This document shows, piece by piece, positions 8,517-18,557 of a DNA stretch of 64,000 bases. The stretch is from Clostridia bacterium (lineage in GTDB: Bacteria; Bacillota; Clostridia; Monoglobales; Monoglobaceae), in assembly GCA_045575975.1 (NCBI GenBank), contig JAZNFO010000014.1:1611-65610 (forward strand). The letters are read 5' to 3'. Within the stretch, counting starts at the first letter, position 1. Each line of letters starts with the position of its first letter. The position numbers were made by a program, and so were the translations under genes. The notes under the pieces are model-generated. The model was given only the letters and a program-made list of their open reading frames with translations. It was not told where the DNA came from and searched no databases.

Positions 8517-8939
8517 TTGATGATATATTCAAGTAACAGCACAGATGAAACACGCCAAATTGCAGAAAAACTTGCCGCCGGGTTAAAGGGCGGGGATGTT
8601 GTTGCTCTTTCAGGAGAACTGGGAGCAGGGAAAACAGTCTTTGTTAAAGGATTAACAGAAGCTCTTGGCTCAAAGGATATTGTATCAAGTCCTACATTTA
8701 CCCTTGTTAATGAATATGAGGGTAGTGAGTTTATGATTTACCATTTCGATGTTTATAGATTAAGTGGTATTTCTCGTGATAACTGTGATTGGATAGATGA
8801 ATATCTTTTTTCTGACGGAATCTCAATTATAGAGTGGGCGGATAACATTATGGATATTCTGCCTGATAATCATATAAAAGTTACTATTACCAAAAATTCC
8901 ACAATTAATAATGAATACAGGGAGATAGAAATATGCTGA
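8517..8939 (+). CDS. tsaE: tRNA t6A37 biosynthesis ATPase TsaE
   Basis: Walker A GELGAGKT and the SPTFTL motif. The start is TTG 8517 or the adjacent ATG 8520. Confidence 0.9.
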   Translation: MMIYSSNSTDETRQIAEKLAAGLKGGDVVALSGELGAGKTVFVKGLTEALGSKDIVSSPTFTLVNEYEGSEFMIYHFDVYRLSGISRDNCDWIDEYLFSDGISIIEWADNIMDILPDNHIKVTITKNSTINNEYREIEIC

Positions 8940-9646
8940 TTTTTGCAGTTGACACATGTTCTATGTCTTCATCTGCGGCCATTGCTGATGAGAACAGAAT
9001 AATTGCCGAATTTACAGTTAATCATAAAAAAACACATTCGGAAAGAATTATGCCACAGATTGAAGCTTTATTTAAAGCCTCCGATATATCAATTGATGAT
9101 ATAGATGCTTTTGCTGCCGCGGTTGGGCCCGGTTCATTCACGGGTGTCAGAATTGGAGTTGCTATTGCTAAAGGTTTTGCAATACCAACAAAAAAGCCGT
9201 GCATTGGTGTTTCAGCAATTGAAGCCTTAGCTAATTCTGCAAAACCGTTTAAAGGTCTTATTGCTCCTATACTGGATGCAAGAAGAAATCAGGTTTATAA
9301 CGGCATATTTGAAAGTGACGGAAGAGAGATAAAAAGAATAAAAGAGGATAGGGCAATAGAACTTTCTGCTTTGCTTAAAGAACTAAAAGCCTGTGATAAG
9401 GATGTAATATTTGCAGGGGATGGAGTGCCGGTGTTTAAAAATCAGGTTATGGATTTTCTGGGAGACATGGCATATTTTGTTCCAAACCCGTTGGTTTATA
9501 ACCTTGCATCAGGAGTTTGTGAAATAGGAATTGAAAAATTCAGAAGGGGAGAAATTACAGAGGGCGGACTTTTGGTTCCCGAATATGTAAGACTATCTCA
9601 GGCAGAACAGGAAAAGCTTAAACAGAAGGAGGAACAGGAAAATTGA
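8933..9646 (+). CDS. tsaB: tRNA t6A37 biosynthesis protein TsaB
   Basis: ASKHA-fold N-terminus MLIFAVDTC...GPGSFTGVRIG. Overlaps the tsaE stop (ATGCTGA). Confidence 0.9.
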   Translation: MLIFAVDTCSMSSSAAIADENRIIAEFTVNHKKTHSERIMPQIEALFKASDISIDDIDAFAAAVGPGSFTGVRIGVAIAKGFAIPTKKPCIGVSAIEALANSAKPFKGLIAPILDARRNQVYNGIFESDGREIKRIKEDRAIELSALLKELKACDKDVIFAGDGVPVFKNQVMDFLGDMAYFVPNPLVYNLASGVCEIGIEKFRRGEITEGGLLVPEYVRLSQAEQEKLKQKEEQEN

Positions 9647-10971
9647 AAAGATTTTTTGCATTAGTTTTAGTTTTAATAGTTTTATCCGGATGTTTTTCCA
9701 TTGTATCTGCTGCAAACAGTGCACCAAGTCTTAATTGTCAGTCAGCAATTTTGATTGATGCCAAGACGGGAAATGTGCTTTATGAAAAAGCTGCTGATAA
9801 AAAGATGTATCCTGCAAGCACAACTAAGATTATGACCGCGTTAATTGCTCTTGAAAGGGTAAAGTCGGGGGAAATCAGTCTTGAACAGCCGATTACATAT
9901 ACTGAAACCGCTAATGAAAAAATGGTTATTGACGGAAGTAATATCGGGCTTAAGGTGGGAGAGATAATGTCTCTTGAAAACCTCTTAAAGGGACTGCTTC
10001 TGGCTTCGGGGAATGATGCTGCTGCGGTTATTGCTGAGAATATAGGAGGCTCAATAGAAGGCTTTGTTTCTATTATGAATGACAAGGCAAAGGAGCTGGG
10101 ACTTGAAGGCACACATTTTGTCAATCCCCATGGACTTCATGATTCTGAACATTATACAACAGCTAAGGATATGGCAAAGCTTGCAAGGATTGCAATGAAA
10201 AACGAAACATTCTCATCAATTGTGGAGTGTGCGCATATAAAAATACCTCCAACAAATATGAACGAGGAAAGATATTATATAAACACGAATAATCTTGTTT
10301 CAAGAATGCGTTATCCGTATTATTACTATGATAAGGCAACGGGAATTAAAACAGGTTCAACAACAGAGGCAGGACATTGTCTTGTTTCATCAGCGGAAGA
10401 TAATAATAAAAAGGTTATAGCAGTTGTTTTAAAGGCAGATGCAAGCAGTACATCCCATGAGGATTCAAAAAAGCTTCTTGAATATGGACTCACAAGCTTT
10501 TCAAATGTGAGATTTGCAAAGGTTGATGACATTTATGGAGAGGTTAAGGTTAAGCAAGCCTCTGACGGAACAGACCATATTCTTTTAAGTGCAAAGGATA
10601 ATCTGGAAATTCTTTTTCCGAAAGACGGAAAAGCAAGCGAGGTTGAAACGGTTGTTGATGTTCCTGAAAAAGTATATGCACCCATAAAAAAGGGACAGGA
10701 AATCGGAAAAGTGAAATTTGTTTATGAATCAAAGGTTATAGGAAGTATTCCTCTTGTTTCAACAATTGATGTTAAAAGACATCTTTTTGGATTTTTAATG
10801 TCGTTTGGTGAATGGCTCTGGAAATTCAGAACTATAAAAATAATTGTTTATACAGTGCTAACGGTTATTATTCTTTTTGTAACACTTCTTGTTATAGGAT
10901 TTGTCCAGGCTCTTAAAAAGAGTAAGAGCAAGAAGAGACGCAGAAGCAGGTATCAACCTCCGAGATATTAA
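9643..10971 (+). CDS. D-alanyl-D-alanine carboxypeptidase (S11, PBP5 type) with C-terminal membrane anchor
   Basis: Signal peptide, then SxxK (ASTTK), SGN and KTG motifs. C-terminal TM helix followed by a polybasic tail. TTG start overlaps the tsaB stop. Confidence 0.9.
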   Translation: MKRFFALVLVLIVLSGCFSIVSAANSAPSLNCQSAILIDAKTGNVLYEKAADKKMYPASTTKIMTALIALERVKSGEISLEQPITYTETANEKMVIDGSNIGLKVGEIMSLENLLKGLLLASGNDAAAVIAENIGGSIEGFVSIMNDKAKELGLEGTHFVNPHGLHDSEHYTTAKDMAKLARIAMKNETFSSIVECAHIKIPPTNMNEERYYINTNNLVSRMRYPYYYYDKATGIKTGSTTEAGHCLVSSAEDNNKKVIAVVLKADASSTSHEDSKKLLEYGLTSFSNVRFAKVDDIYGEVKVKQASDGTDHILLSAKDNLEILFPKDGKASEVETVVDVPEKVYAPIKKGQEIGKVKFVYESKVIGSIPLVSTIDVKRHLFGFLMSFGEWLWKFRTIKIIVYTVLTVIILFVTLLVIGFVQALKKSKSKKRRRSRYQPPRY

Positions 10972-11001
10972 AAAAAGCAGCTTTAAAAGCTGCTTTTTTT
11001 A
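10970..11001. terminator. Bidirectional terminator between the carboxypeptidase gene and serS
   Basis: AAAAAAGCAGC-TTTAAA-GCTGCTTTTTTT. Confidence 0.85.
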
Positions 11002-11008
11002 ATATCTC

Positions 11009-12289
11009 TTATTTAGGTGAAATTTTGTCAATTCCCATATAAGGAACCAGAACATCTGGGATTTTAACACTGCCGTCTTTTTGCTGATAATTTTCAAGGA
11101 TAGCAAGCATTGTTCGTCCTGTTGCCGATGCGGTTCCGTTTAATGTGTTAACAAACTGACGGTTGCCGTCTTTGTCAACATATTTGATGTTAAGGCGTCT
11201 TGACTGGAAGTTTGTGAAGTTACCAACTGATGTTACTTCGCCGTATTCACCGCCGTTTTCGCCTTTACCGGGCATCCAAGCCTCAATATCGTATTTCTTG
11301 TAAGCAGGAGCACCCATATCTCCTGAACAAATTCTGATAACACGGTATGGAATATCAAGGTCTTTAAAAATTTCCTTTTCAATTTCAAGAAGTTCCTGAA
11401 GAGCTCTTTCTCCGTCTTCGTTTTCGGTAAACTGATACATTTCAACCTTTGAGAACTGGTGAACTCTGTAAAGTCCGTATCCTGCTCTGCCTGCAGCACC
11501 TGCTTCTGTACGGAAACAGTGGCTGAGTGCAACGAATTTAAGAGGAAGGTCTTCTGCTTTAAGTGTTTCGCCTGCAAGCATACCGCCGATTGTTATTTCT
11601 GCAGTTGCAATAAGATTTAGGTCCATACCTTCAATGTTGTATATGTTTCTTTCTCCGCCTCTTGGATTAAAACCTGAACCGCGAAGAATATCGCTTTTTG
11701 CAAGGTCAGGGGTGATAAGAGGGGTAAATCCTTTTTTAATAAGCTTGTTTATTGCATATTGCTGAATTGCAAGATCAAGTAAAACAGCTTCATTCTTTAA
11801 GTAATAGAATTTTGTTCCTGCAACCTTTGCCCCTGCATCAAAATCAATAAGGTCAAGTCTTTTTGCAATATCAACATGGCTTTCCGGAGTAAAGTCAAAC
11901 TGAGTAGGCTCTTTGTATTTGTATATTTCAACATTCAAATCTTCATTTTTTCCGATAGGTGTATCGGGAGCCATAGTGTTTGGAACGCTGTATAAAAGCT
12001 CTTTGTATTCGGGCTCAATTTTATCAAGCTCTTCTTTTAAAACAGCAAGCTCAGCTTTAAGTGCTTTTCCTGCTTCAATAACAGCATTTCTTTCTTCAGG
12101 AGTTTTGCATTCCTTGATTTGCTTCTGATTGTTGTTCATCTGCATTCTAACGCTGTCAGTTTTTTGTTTGTTTGCTTTTATATCCGCATAAACAGAAACT
12201 AGACGGTCAACATCGCATTCCATATTTCTTGCTTCAACATTTTTCTTAACTTCGTCAACATTATTAATAATGTAATTAATGTCTAACAT
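11009..12289 (-). CDS. serS: Seryl-tRNA synthetase
   Basis: 426 aa. N-terminal coiled-coil arm followed by class II core motifs (FRTEAGAAGR, GTASATGRT). Confidence 0.95.
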   Translation of the reverse strand: MLDINYIINNVDEVKKNVEARNMECDVDRLVSVYADIKANKQKTDSVRMQMNNNQKQIKECKTPEERNAVIEAGKALKAELAVLKEELDKIEPEYKELLYSVPNTMAPDTPIGKNEDLNVEIYKYKEPTQFDFTPESHVDIAKRLDLIDFDAGAKVAGTKFYYLKNEAVLLDLAIQQYAINKLIKKGFTPLITPDLAKSDILRGSGFNPRGGERNIYNIEGMDLNLIATAEITIGGMLAGETLKAEDLPLKFVALSHCFRTEAGAAGRAGYGLYRVHQFSKVEMYQFTENEDGERALQELLEIEKEIFKDLDIPYRVIRICSGDMGAPAYKKYDIEAWMPGKGENGGEYGEVTSVGNFTNFQSRRLNIKYVDKDGNRQFVNTLNGTASATGRTMLAILENYQQKDGSVKIPDVLVPYMGIDKISPK

Positions 12290-12356
12290 TTTAATTCCTG
12301 CTTTCTGCCCGCAATTTTTAAATTAAAATATAGCTGAGGGCGTCATTTGTAAATTA

Positions 12357-13220
12357 TTAAGCTTTGTTAACAGAACCGAAAAGTTCCATTTTTTCTTTAA
12401 CAATAGTTTTGATAGCTTCGCAACCGGGAGCAAGAAGTTTTCTTGGATCAAAACCTTTACCAACAAGGTCTTTGCCTTCTTCAATGTACTTTCTGACTGC
12501 CTCCTGGAAATAAAGCTGACATTCTGTGTTAACATTGATTTTTGCAACACCAAGAGAAATAGCTTTCTTAATCATTTCTGCAGGGATACCTGTTCCGCCG
12601 TGAAGAACAAGAGGAAGGTCGCCTGTTTTAGCTTTGATATTTGCAAGAGCATCAAAGTCAAGACCTTTCCAGTTTTCAGGATATTTTCCGTGAATGTTTC
12701 CGATACCTGCTGCGAGGAAGTCAACACCAAGGTCAGCAATCATTTTACATTCATTTGGATCTGCAACTTCGCCGCCGCCAACAACACCGTCTTCTTCACC
12801 GCCGATAGCACCAACTTCTGCCTCGATTGAAAGACCAAGGTTGTGAGCAACATGAACAAGCTCTCTTGTTTTTTCAATATTTTCTTCGATTTCAAAGTGA
12901 GAACCGTCAAACATAATTGATGAAAAACCTGCTTTTATACATTTGTAGCAATCTTCGTATGTTCCGTGGTCAAGATGAATAGCAACAGGAACTGTGATGT
13001 TCATGCATTTAATCATAGCCTTAACCATTTCTGCAACAGTTTCAAAACCGGTCATATATTTTCCTGCACCTGCTGAAACACCAAGGATAACCGGTGAATT
13101 ATTTTCCTGTGCTGTCTGCAGTATGGACTTTGTCCATTCAAGATTGTTTATGTTGAACTGACCTACAGCGTAGTGTCCTTCAACAGCTTTTTTAAGCATT
13201 TCTGTAGCTGATACTAACAT
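12357..13220 (-). CDS. fba: Class II fructose-1,6-bisphosphate aldolase
   Basis: 287 aa. HLDHG and LVLHGGTG motifs. Confidence 0.95.
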   Translation of the reverse strand: MLVSATEMLKKAVEGHYAVGQFNINNLEWTKSILQTAQENNSPVILGVSAGAGKYMTGFETVAEMVKAMIKCMNITVPVAIHLDHGTYEDCYKCIKAGFSSIMFDGSHFEIEENIEKTRELVHVAHNLGLSIEAEVGAIGGEEDGVVGGGEVADPNECKMIADLGVDFLAAGIGNIHGKYPENWKGLDFDALANIKAKTGDLPLVLHGGTGIPAEMIKKAISLGVAKINVNTECQLYFQEAVRKYIEEGKDLVGKGFDPRKLLAPGCEAIKTIVKEKMELFGSVNKA

Positions 13221-13294
13221 TTATATACACTCCATTCCGGCAAAATCTGCCTAATTTTATATGTTATTTGCTTAACAAAGTTAAACTATAAATA

Positions 13295-13323
13295 ATATTA
13301 CACCATTTTTTGTAAATATTCAA
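13295..13323 (-). promoter_or_regulatory. Sigma-A promoter of fba(-serS)
   Basis: Minus strand reads TTGAAT (13323-13318), a 17-nt spacer, then TAATAT (13300-13295). Confidence 0.55.
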
Positions 13324-13341
13324 GTATTAATGTAAAATTTA

Positions 13342-14169
13342 TTAATTTTTTTCGATAGCATAATAGTAATAAAGATACTGTTGTGCAATTCCACTATACA
13401 TTCCAAATTTTTCTTCAACAAAAGAGGGAATATCTTTTTCTTCCACTTTGTAAAGGTCAGAAACAATTCTTTTTGTCCACACATCAAGAGGAAATATGTT
13501 GTGTCTTCCCAGTGAAAAGAGGAGGATGCAGTCTGCAACCTTTGTTCCAACGCCTTTTATTTTCATAAGCTCTTTTTTTGCATCGGCATTGCTCATTTTC
13601 TCAACTTCTAAAAGGTTAACTTCTCCCGATGCAACCTTTTTTGCAGCATCAAGAATGTATTTGTCCCTGAAACCTGCTTTGATTTCTGCTAAATCGGAAA
13701 GCTCCAACGATGCAAGCTTTTCAGGCGTCGGGAAACCGTAAAAAGTTTTATTGTCAAATTCTATTTTTTCACCATATAGTTTGCATAAACTTTCGATTAT
13801 TTTTTTAATTCTCGGAATATTGTTGTTTGCTGAAATTATAAATGATATAAGTGTTTCCCATAAATCCTGTCTTAAAATTCGGATGCCTTTTCCCTTTTCA
13901 ATGGGAAGAATAAGTTTTTCGTCTTGTTTTAAAAATTCTTCTGCCTGATTATAATCGCAGGAAAAGTTCAAATATTTGCTCCAGTAAACAAGGTCAGGAT
14001 TTGTGCTTTCAATATAAATTGTCTTTTCGTCAACATAATACATCTTAACAGCATCATTTTTAACTGTTCCATAGTAGACCCCGTTTTCATCTTTTTCCCA
14101 TCTGAAACACTGACCGCAAAAAAATGTTTCTTCAAGAGAAAAGTGGTCTATATTAAAAAGCTTCATCAT
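13342..14169 (-). CDS. ogg: 8-oxoguanine DNA glycosylase/AP lyase, OGG1 type
   Basis: HhH-GPD motif with the OGG1-type catalytic lysine context IKGVGTKVADCILLF. Confidence 0.85.
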   Translation of the reverse strand: MMKLFNIDHFSLEETFFCGQCFRWEKDENGVYYGTVKNDAVKMYYVDEKTIYIESTNPDLVYWSKYLNFSCDYNQAEEFLKQDEKLILPIEKGKGIRILRQDLWETLISFIISANNNIPRIKKIIESLCKLYGEKIEFDNKTFYGFPTPEKLASLELSDLAEIKAGFRDKYILDAAKKVASGEVNLLEVEKMSNADAKKELMKIKGVGTKVADCILLFSLGRHNIFPLDVWTKRIVSDLYKVEEKDIPSFVEEKFGMYSGIAQQYLYYYYAIEKN

Positions 14170-14187
14170 AAAACTGTAACCTGCCTG

Positions 14188-14823
14188 TTATTTTTTGTTT
14201 TTGTCCGAAATTTTAAAGGAAAGACGCATAAGATTATCCCCTAAGTGAACATTTTCAATAACGGTATCATCTTCTGATGTAACCTCTGTGTATGAAAAGT
14301 TTAAAAAGGCTTTGATCCCAAACTTTTTAAGGTCTTTTATAACATCGTTCACACTATCTCTAGGAACGGCAATAATAGCCATTGTGGGTTTATTTTCCTT
14401 TATAAATTTTTCAGCGTCTTTGTAATCTGATATGGTTATATTCCGTATTTTCCCGCCAATCTTTTCAGGGTCTTTGTCGAAAATACCGATAAGCTTAAAG
14501 CCTCTCTTTTCAAAATTTGTGTTAGTGGTAAAAGCCCGTCCGATATTTCCGGCACCAACTAAAATGGTGGTGTAGCCGTTGTGGATACCGAGAATAGAGG
14601 CTATTTCTCCGTAAAGGTATTCAACATTGTAGCCATATCCCTGTTGACCAAATCCCCCAAAGCAGTTAAAGTCCTGGCGGATTTGGGATGCGGTAAGTCC
14701 CATTTTTTTGCTTAAATCCTTGGAGGAAATTCGTTCAATGCCGTTGTCATGAAGCTCTCCCAGATATCTGTAATATCTTGGAAGACGGTTTATGACAGAA
14801 GCTGAAACTTTTTTTACTATCAT
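14188..14823 (-). CDS. rex: Redox-sensing transcriptional repressor Rex
   Basis: RLPRYYRYL winged-helix N-terminus and a GAGNIGRA Rossmann motif. Confidence 0.93.
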   Translation of the reverse strand: MIVKKVSASVINRLPRYYRYLGELHDNGIERISSKDLSKKMGLTASQIRQDFNCFGGFGQQGYGYNVEYLYGEIASILGIHNGYTTILVGAGNIGRAFTTNTNFEKRGFKLIGIFDKDPEKIGGKIRNITISDYKDAEKFIKENKPTMAIIAVPRDSVNDVIKDLKKFGIKAFLNFSYTEVTSEDDTVIENVHLGDNLMRLSFKISDKNKK

Positions 14824-14844
14824 ATATTTACTCCTGTTTACTTC

Positions 14845-16776
14845 TTAGGCATTCTCTCTTGTAAAGTTTAAAAGCCCGCCTGCAAGCATAATTTGTTTCT
14901 GGCGTTCTGAAAGGGTAATTTGTGTCGGTATTTCAATATTTTTTGTAATATTTTTAACAATAATTGTATCACCTGATAAAATTGTAGCTTTCATATTTTC
15001 AAGCTTTAATTCATCATCACGGTCGATTTTGTCATAATCATCTGGATTAACGAATGTAAGTGGCATAATGCCGTTATTTATAAGGTTTGCCATATGAATT
15101 CTTGCAAAGGATTTTGCAATAACAGCTTTAATTCCAAGATATAAAGGAACAAGAGCTGCGTGTTCTCTTGATGAACCCTGACCGTAGTTTGAACCTGCAA
15201 TAATAAATCCGCCGCCAGCTTCCTTTGCTCTTTTTGAGAATTCACTGTCGCAGGATGAAAGGCAGTAATCAGAAAGATAAGGAATGTTTGAACGGTAAGG
15301 AAGAAGCTTGGCATTAGAAGGCATAATATGGTCAGTTGTTATGTTGTCTTCAACCTTTATAAGTGCATTTGCTTTTATTTCATCATTCATTGAAACATTA
15401 ACCGGGAATTCCTTAATGTTTGGACCTCTCACAACATCAACATCTGCTGAATTTTCAGCAGGAGGAACAACCATATTGTCATTAACCTTAAATTCTTTTG
15501 GCATTTCAAAGGAAATATCAACAGAATCTCCAAGCTCCATAGGATTTGTAAGAACACCTGTGATTGCAGAAACTGCAGCAACCTCAGGACTTACAAGGTA
15601 AACACCTGCAGACATAGTGCCGCTTCTTCCGTAGAAATTACGGTTGTTTGTTCTGAGAGAAACAGCATCTGTTTTTGGTGATTGTCCCATACCAATACAA
15701 GGACCGCAGGCACTTTCCAAAATTCTTGCACCTGCATCAATCATATCGGCAAGAGCTCCGTTTTCTGCAAGCATATTTAAAACCTGTTTAGAACCCGGAC
15801 CGATAACAAGGCTGACATCAGGATGAACAGTTTTTCCTTTAAGGATTTTTGCAGCCTTCATCATATCTGCATATGATGAGTTTGTGCAGCTTCCGATAAA
15901 CACCTGGTCAATTTTAATTTTTCCAACACTGTCACAGGTTTCAACCGCATCAGGTGAATGAGGCTTTGCAACAAGAGGCACAAGCTCGTCTAAATTAACA
16001 GTTATTGTCTTGTCATAAACTGCATCTTCATCTGGGAATAATTCAACGAAGTCTTCTTCTCTCTTCTGAGCCTTTAAGAATTCCCTTGTTATTTCATCAC
16101 TTGGGAACAAAGAGGTTGTTGCACCATGTTCTGCACCCATATTTGTTATTGTTGCTCTTTCAGGAACAGAAAGCGTTTTAACGCCTTCCCCCGTGTATTC
16201 AAGAATATATCCAACGCCGCCTTTAACTGAAATCTGGCGGAGAACATCTAAGATAACATCTTTTGCAGTAACCCATTTTCTTAGCTTTCCTTTAAGTTCA
16301 ACCCGCATAATTTTCGGCATAGTGATATAGTATGCACCGCCACCCATGGCAACAGCAACATCAAGACCGCCTGCACCAATAGCAAGCATACCGATACCAC
16401 CGCCTGTTGGGGTGTGACTGTCAGAGCCGAGAAGGGTTTTTCCTGGTTTACCAAATCGTTCAAGCTGAACCTGATGACAAATTCCGTTTCCTGGACGGGA
16501 GAAATATATTCCGTGCTTTGATGCAACGGTCTGAATATATTTGTGGTCATCAGCGTTTTCAAAACCTGCCTGAAGGGTGTTGTGGTCAATATATGCAACG
16601 GAGCGTTCAGTTTTAACTCTGTCAATGCCCATAGCTTCAAACTGAAGATATGCCATTGTTCCCGTTGAATCCTGGGTTAAAGTCTGGTCAATCTTTATAG
16701 AAATTTCCTGTCCGGCAATCATTTCGCCTGAAACAAGATGATTTTTAATAATTTTCTGAGCAATTGTAAGTCCCAT
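14845..16776 (-). CDS. acn: Aconitate hydratase (about 640-aa clostridial type)
   Basis: Fe-S cluster cysteines in GSCTNSS and CGPCIGMG, plus a C-terminal swivel domain GSNYGQGSSREHAA. Confidence 0.88.
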   Translation of the reverse strand: MGLTIAQKIIKNHLVSGEMIAGQEISIKIDQTLTQDSTGTMAYLQFEAMGIDRVKTERSVAYIDHNTLQAGFENADDHKYIQTVASKHGIYFSRPGNGICHQVQLERFGKPGKTLLGSDSHTPTGGGIGMLAIGAGGLDVAVAMGGGAYYITMPKIMRVELKGKLRKWVTAKDVILDVLRQISVKGGVGYILEYTGEGVKTLSVPERATITNMGAEHGATTSLFPSDEITREFLKAQKREEDFVELFPDEDAVYDKTITVNLDELVPLVAKPHSPDAVETCDSVGKIKIDQVFIGSCTNSSYADMMKAAKILKGKTVHPDVSLVIGPGSKQVLNMLAENGALADMIDAGARILESACGPCIGMGQSPKTDAVSLRTNNRNFYGRSGTMSAGVYLVSPEVAAVSAITGVLTNPMELGDSVDISFEMPKEFKVNDNMVVPPAENSADVDVVRGPNIKEFPVNVSMNDEIKANALIKVEDNITTDHIMPSNAKLLPYRSNIPYLSDYCLSSCDSEFSKRAKEAGGGFIIAGSNYGQGSSREHAALVPLYLGIKAVIAKSFARIHMANLINNGIMPLTFVNPDDYDKIDRDDELKLENMKATILSGDTIIVKNITKNIEIPTQITLSERQKQIMLAGGLLNFTRENA

Positions 16777-17007
16777 TTCATAATTCTCCTATTTTAAAAT
16801 ATATGTATATATTTTATACAAAACAGGGATTTTTGTCAATAACCCATTTTGTACAATTATTATTGCTCTAAATCAAAAATTACCAAATTATTATACAAAC
16901 AAGTCATAATATGACACTATAGTGCATCTGTTCGACAATTAAAGGCTATTGACAAATCAAAAAAATATGATAAACTTGTATTAAAACAAAATAAAGGAAA
17001 AACAAAA

Positions 17008-17412
17008 ATGATTTTAGGGATTGATTATGGCAATGCAAGAACAGGCTTTGCAATTTCGGAAAACGGATTTATAGCGGGAACTCTTGAAACCTTTGCTGAA
17101 AAGAATATGAATAAGGTGGCAGAGCACGCGGCAGAGCTTGTGTTGAATCATAATATTGACAGGATTGTGGTGGGACTCCCAAAGAATATGGACGGAAGCA
17201 TTGGTGACAGCGGAAAGAAAGCAAAGAGGCTTGCAAAAATGATTAAAGAGCTGACCGGTGTGAAAATCGTATTGTGGGATGAAAGACTGACAACTGTTTC
17301 TGCACATAATCTTATGAATGAAACAAATGTCCGTGGACAGAAAAGAAAAGACAGTGTTGATAAAATTGCGGCAGCGTTTATTCTTCAAAGTTATCTTGAT
17401 AGCTTGAATTAA
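17008..17412 (+). CDS. ruvX: Holliday-junction resolvase-like nuclease RuvX/YqgF
   Basis: MILGIDYGNARTG... RNase H-like N-terminus, 134 aa. Confidence 0.92.
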   Translation: MILGIDYGNARTGFAISENGFIAGTLETFAEKNMNKVAEHAAELVLNHNIDRIVVGLPKNMDGSIGDSGKKAKRLAKMIKELTGVKIVLWDERLTTVSAHNLMNETNVRGQKRKDSVDKIAAAFILQSYLDSLN

Positions 17413-17447
17413 TGTGTTTTTCCTGAAAAAATAAAAGGAGAATTATT

Positions 17448-17765
17448 ATGTCTGAAAATTATGAAAACAAGAATATTGAAAATATTGATGAGGAAGAATT
17501 TTTAATTGACCTTTTTGATGAAGACGGAAATAAACAAACCTTTGTTCATCTTGACACAGTTAAGGTAGGAGAGGCAGAATATGTTATCTGCGTTCCTGAT
17601 GTTGAGGTTGAGGATGATGAAGTTGAGGAAGTTGTTATCTTAAAGATGGAAAAAGATGAGGATGGGGAATATATCCTTGTTGCTGAAGAGGATGAAGATA
17701 TTCTTGACAGGGCATATGAAATCTTCAGGGAAAGAAATGAAGAAGATTTTGATTGGGTGGATTAA
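17448..17765 (+). CDS. DUF1292 (YrzB-like) acidic protein
   Basis: 105 aa and highly acidic. It follows ruvX, as yrzB follows yrrK in Bacillus. Confidence 0.75.
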   Translation: MSENYENKNIENIDEEEFLIDLFDEDGNKQTFVHLDTVKVGEAEYVICVPDVEVEDDEVEEVVILKMEKDEDGEYILVAEEDEDILDRAYEIFRERNEEDFDWVD

Positions 17766-17772
17766 TTATTAT

Positions 17773-17801
17773 AAAAAAACAGTCTCTCTGACTGTTTTTT
17801 T
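17773..17801 (+). terminator. Intrinsic terminator
   Basis: AAAAAAACAGTC-TCTCT-GACTGTTTTTTT. Confidence 0.85.
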
Positions 17802-17817
17802 AGTTAGAGGATAAGTT

Positions 17818-18528
17818 ATGTTAAATCAATTTTCAAGAACAGAGCTGCTTATCGGTAAAGAGGCAATGGAAATTCTCAAAAAATCGAGAGTTGCGGTCTT
17901 TGGTATAGGCGGAGTGGGCGGACATGCTGTTGAAGCTCTTGCCAGGAGCGGAGTGGGAACACTTGATATTATTGATGATGATAAGGTGAGTATCACCAAT
18001 ATAAACAGACAGCTTTTTGCAACCTTAAGTTCGGTTGATGAATATAAGGTTGATGTGGCAAAAAAAAGAATAGAAGATATTAACCCTGAATGCATCGTCA
18101 ATGTATACAAGACCTTTTATTCTGCAGATAATTCAGGAGAGTTTGACTTTTCTGTGTATGATTATGTCGTTGATGCAATTGATTCTGTTTCTTCAAAAAT
18201 AGAATTGATTATGAAGGCAGATGAAAAAGGCACAAAAATAATCAGCTCTATGGGAGCAGGAAATAAGCTTGATGCAGCGAAGTTTGAAGTTTCTGATATT
18301 TATAAAACCTCGGTTTGTCCTCTTGCAAGAGTTATGCGATATGAACTTAAAAAGAGAGGTATAAAAAAATTAAAGGTTGTCTATTCGAAGGAAGAGCCGA
18401 TTAAGCCCTGTGAAAGCGGGGAAAAGGTAGAAGGAAAAAGACAGATTCCCGGAAGTGTTGCTTTTGTTCCGTCAGTTGCAGGACTTATAATAGCAGGCGA
18501 GGTAATAAAAGATTTAATAAGAAAATAA
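17818..18528 (+). CDS. tcdA: ThiF-family tRNA threonylcarbamoyladenosine dehydratase (TcdA-like)
   Basis: GIGGVGG nucleotide-binding motif, 236 aa, ThiF/MoeB fold without a rhodanese domain. Confidence 0.75.
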   Translation: MLNQFSRTELLIGKEAMEILKKSRVAVFGIGGVGGHAVEALARSGVGTLDIIDDDKVSITNINRQLFATLSSVDEYKVDVAKKRIEDINPECIVNVYKTFYSADNSGEFDFSVYDYVVDAIDSVSSKIELIMKADEKGTKIISSMGAGNKLDAAKFEVSDIYKTSVCPLARVMRYELKKRGIKKLKVVYSKEEPIKPCESGEKVEGKRQIPGSVAFVPSVAGLIIAGEVIKDLIRK

Positions 18529-18556
18529 GGATTGTCACAGCAATCCTTATTTTCTT
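18521..18556. terminator. Bidirectional terminator (tcdA / nfnB)
   Basis: ATAAGGATTG-TCACAG-CAATCCTTAT with flanking A/T runs. The left arm overlaps the tcdA stop codon. Confidence 0.8.
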
Positions 18557-18557
18557 A

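Noticed and set aside
12290-12356. Possible T-box or other leader upstream of serS
   Set aside because: Only 67 nt are available, with no GGUGGUACCGCG core, no specifier stem and no terminator.
16907-16919. Palindrome GTCATAATATGAC in the acn/ruvX divergent region, considered as a Rex operator
   Set aside because: Its half-sites (GTCAT) do not match the TGTGA/TCACA or TTGTTAA/TTAACAA Rex consensus. There is no second copy in the window, so it is left unassigned.
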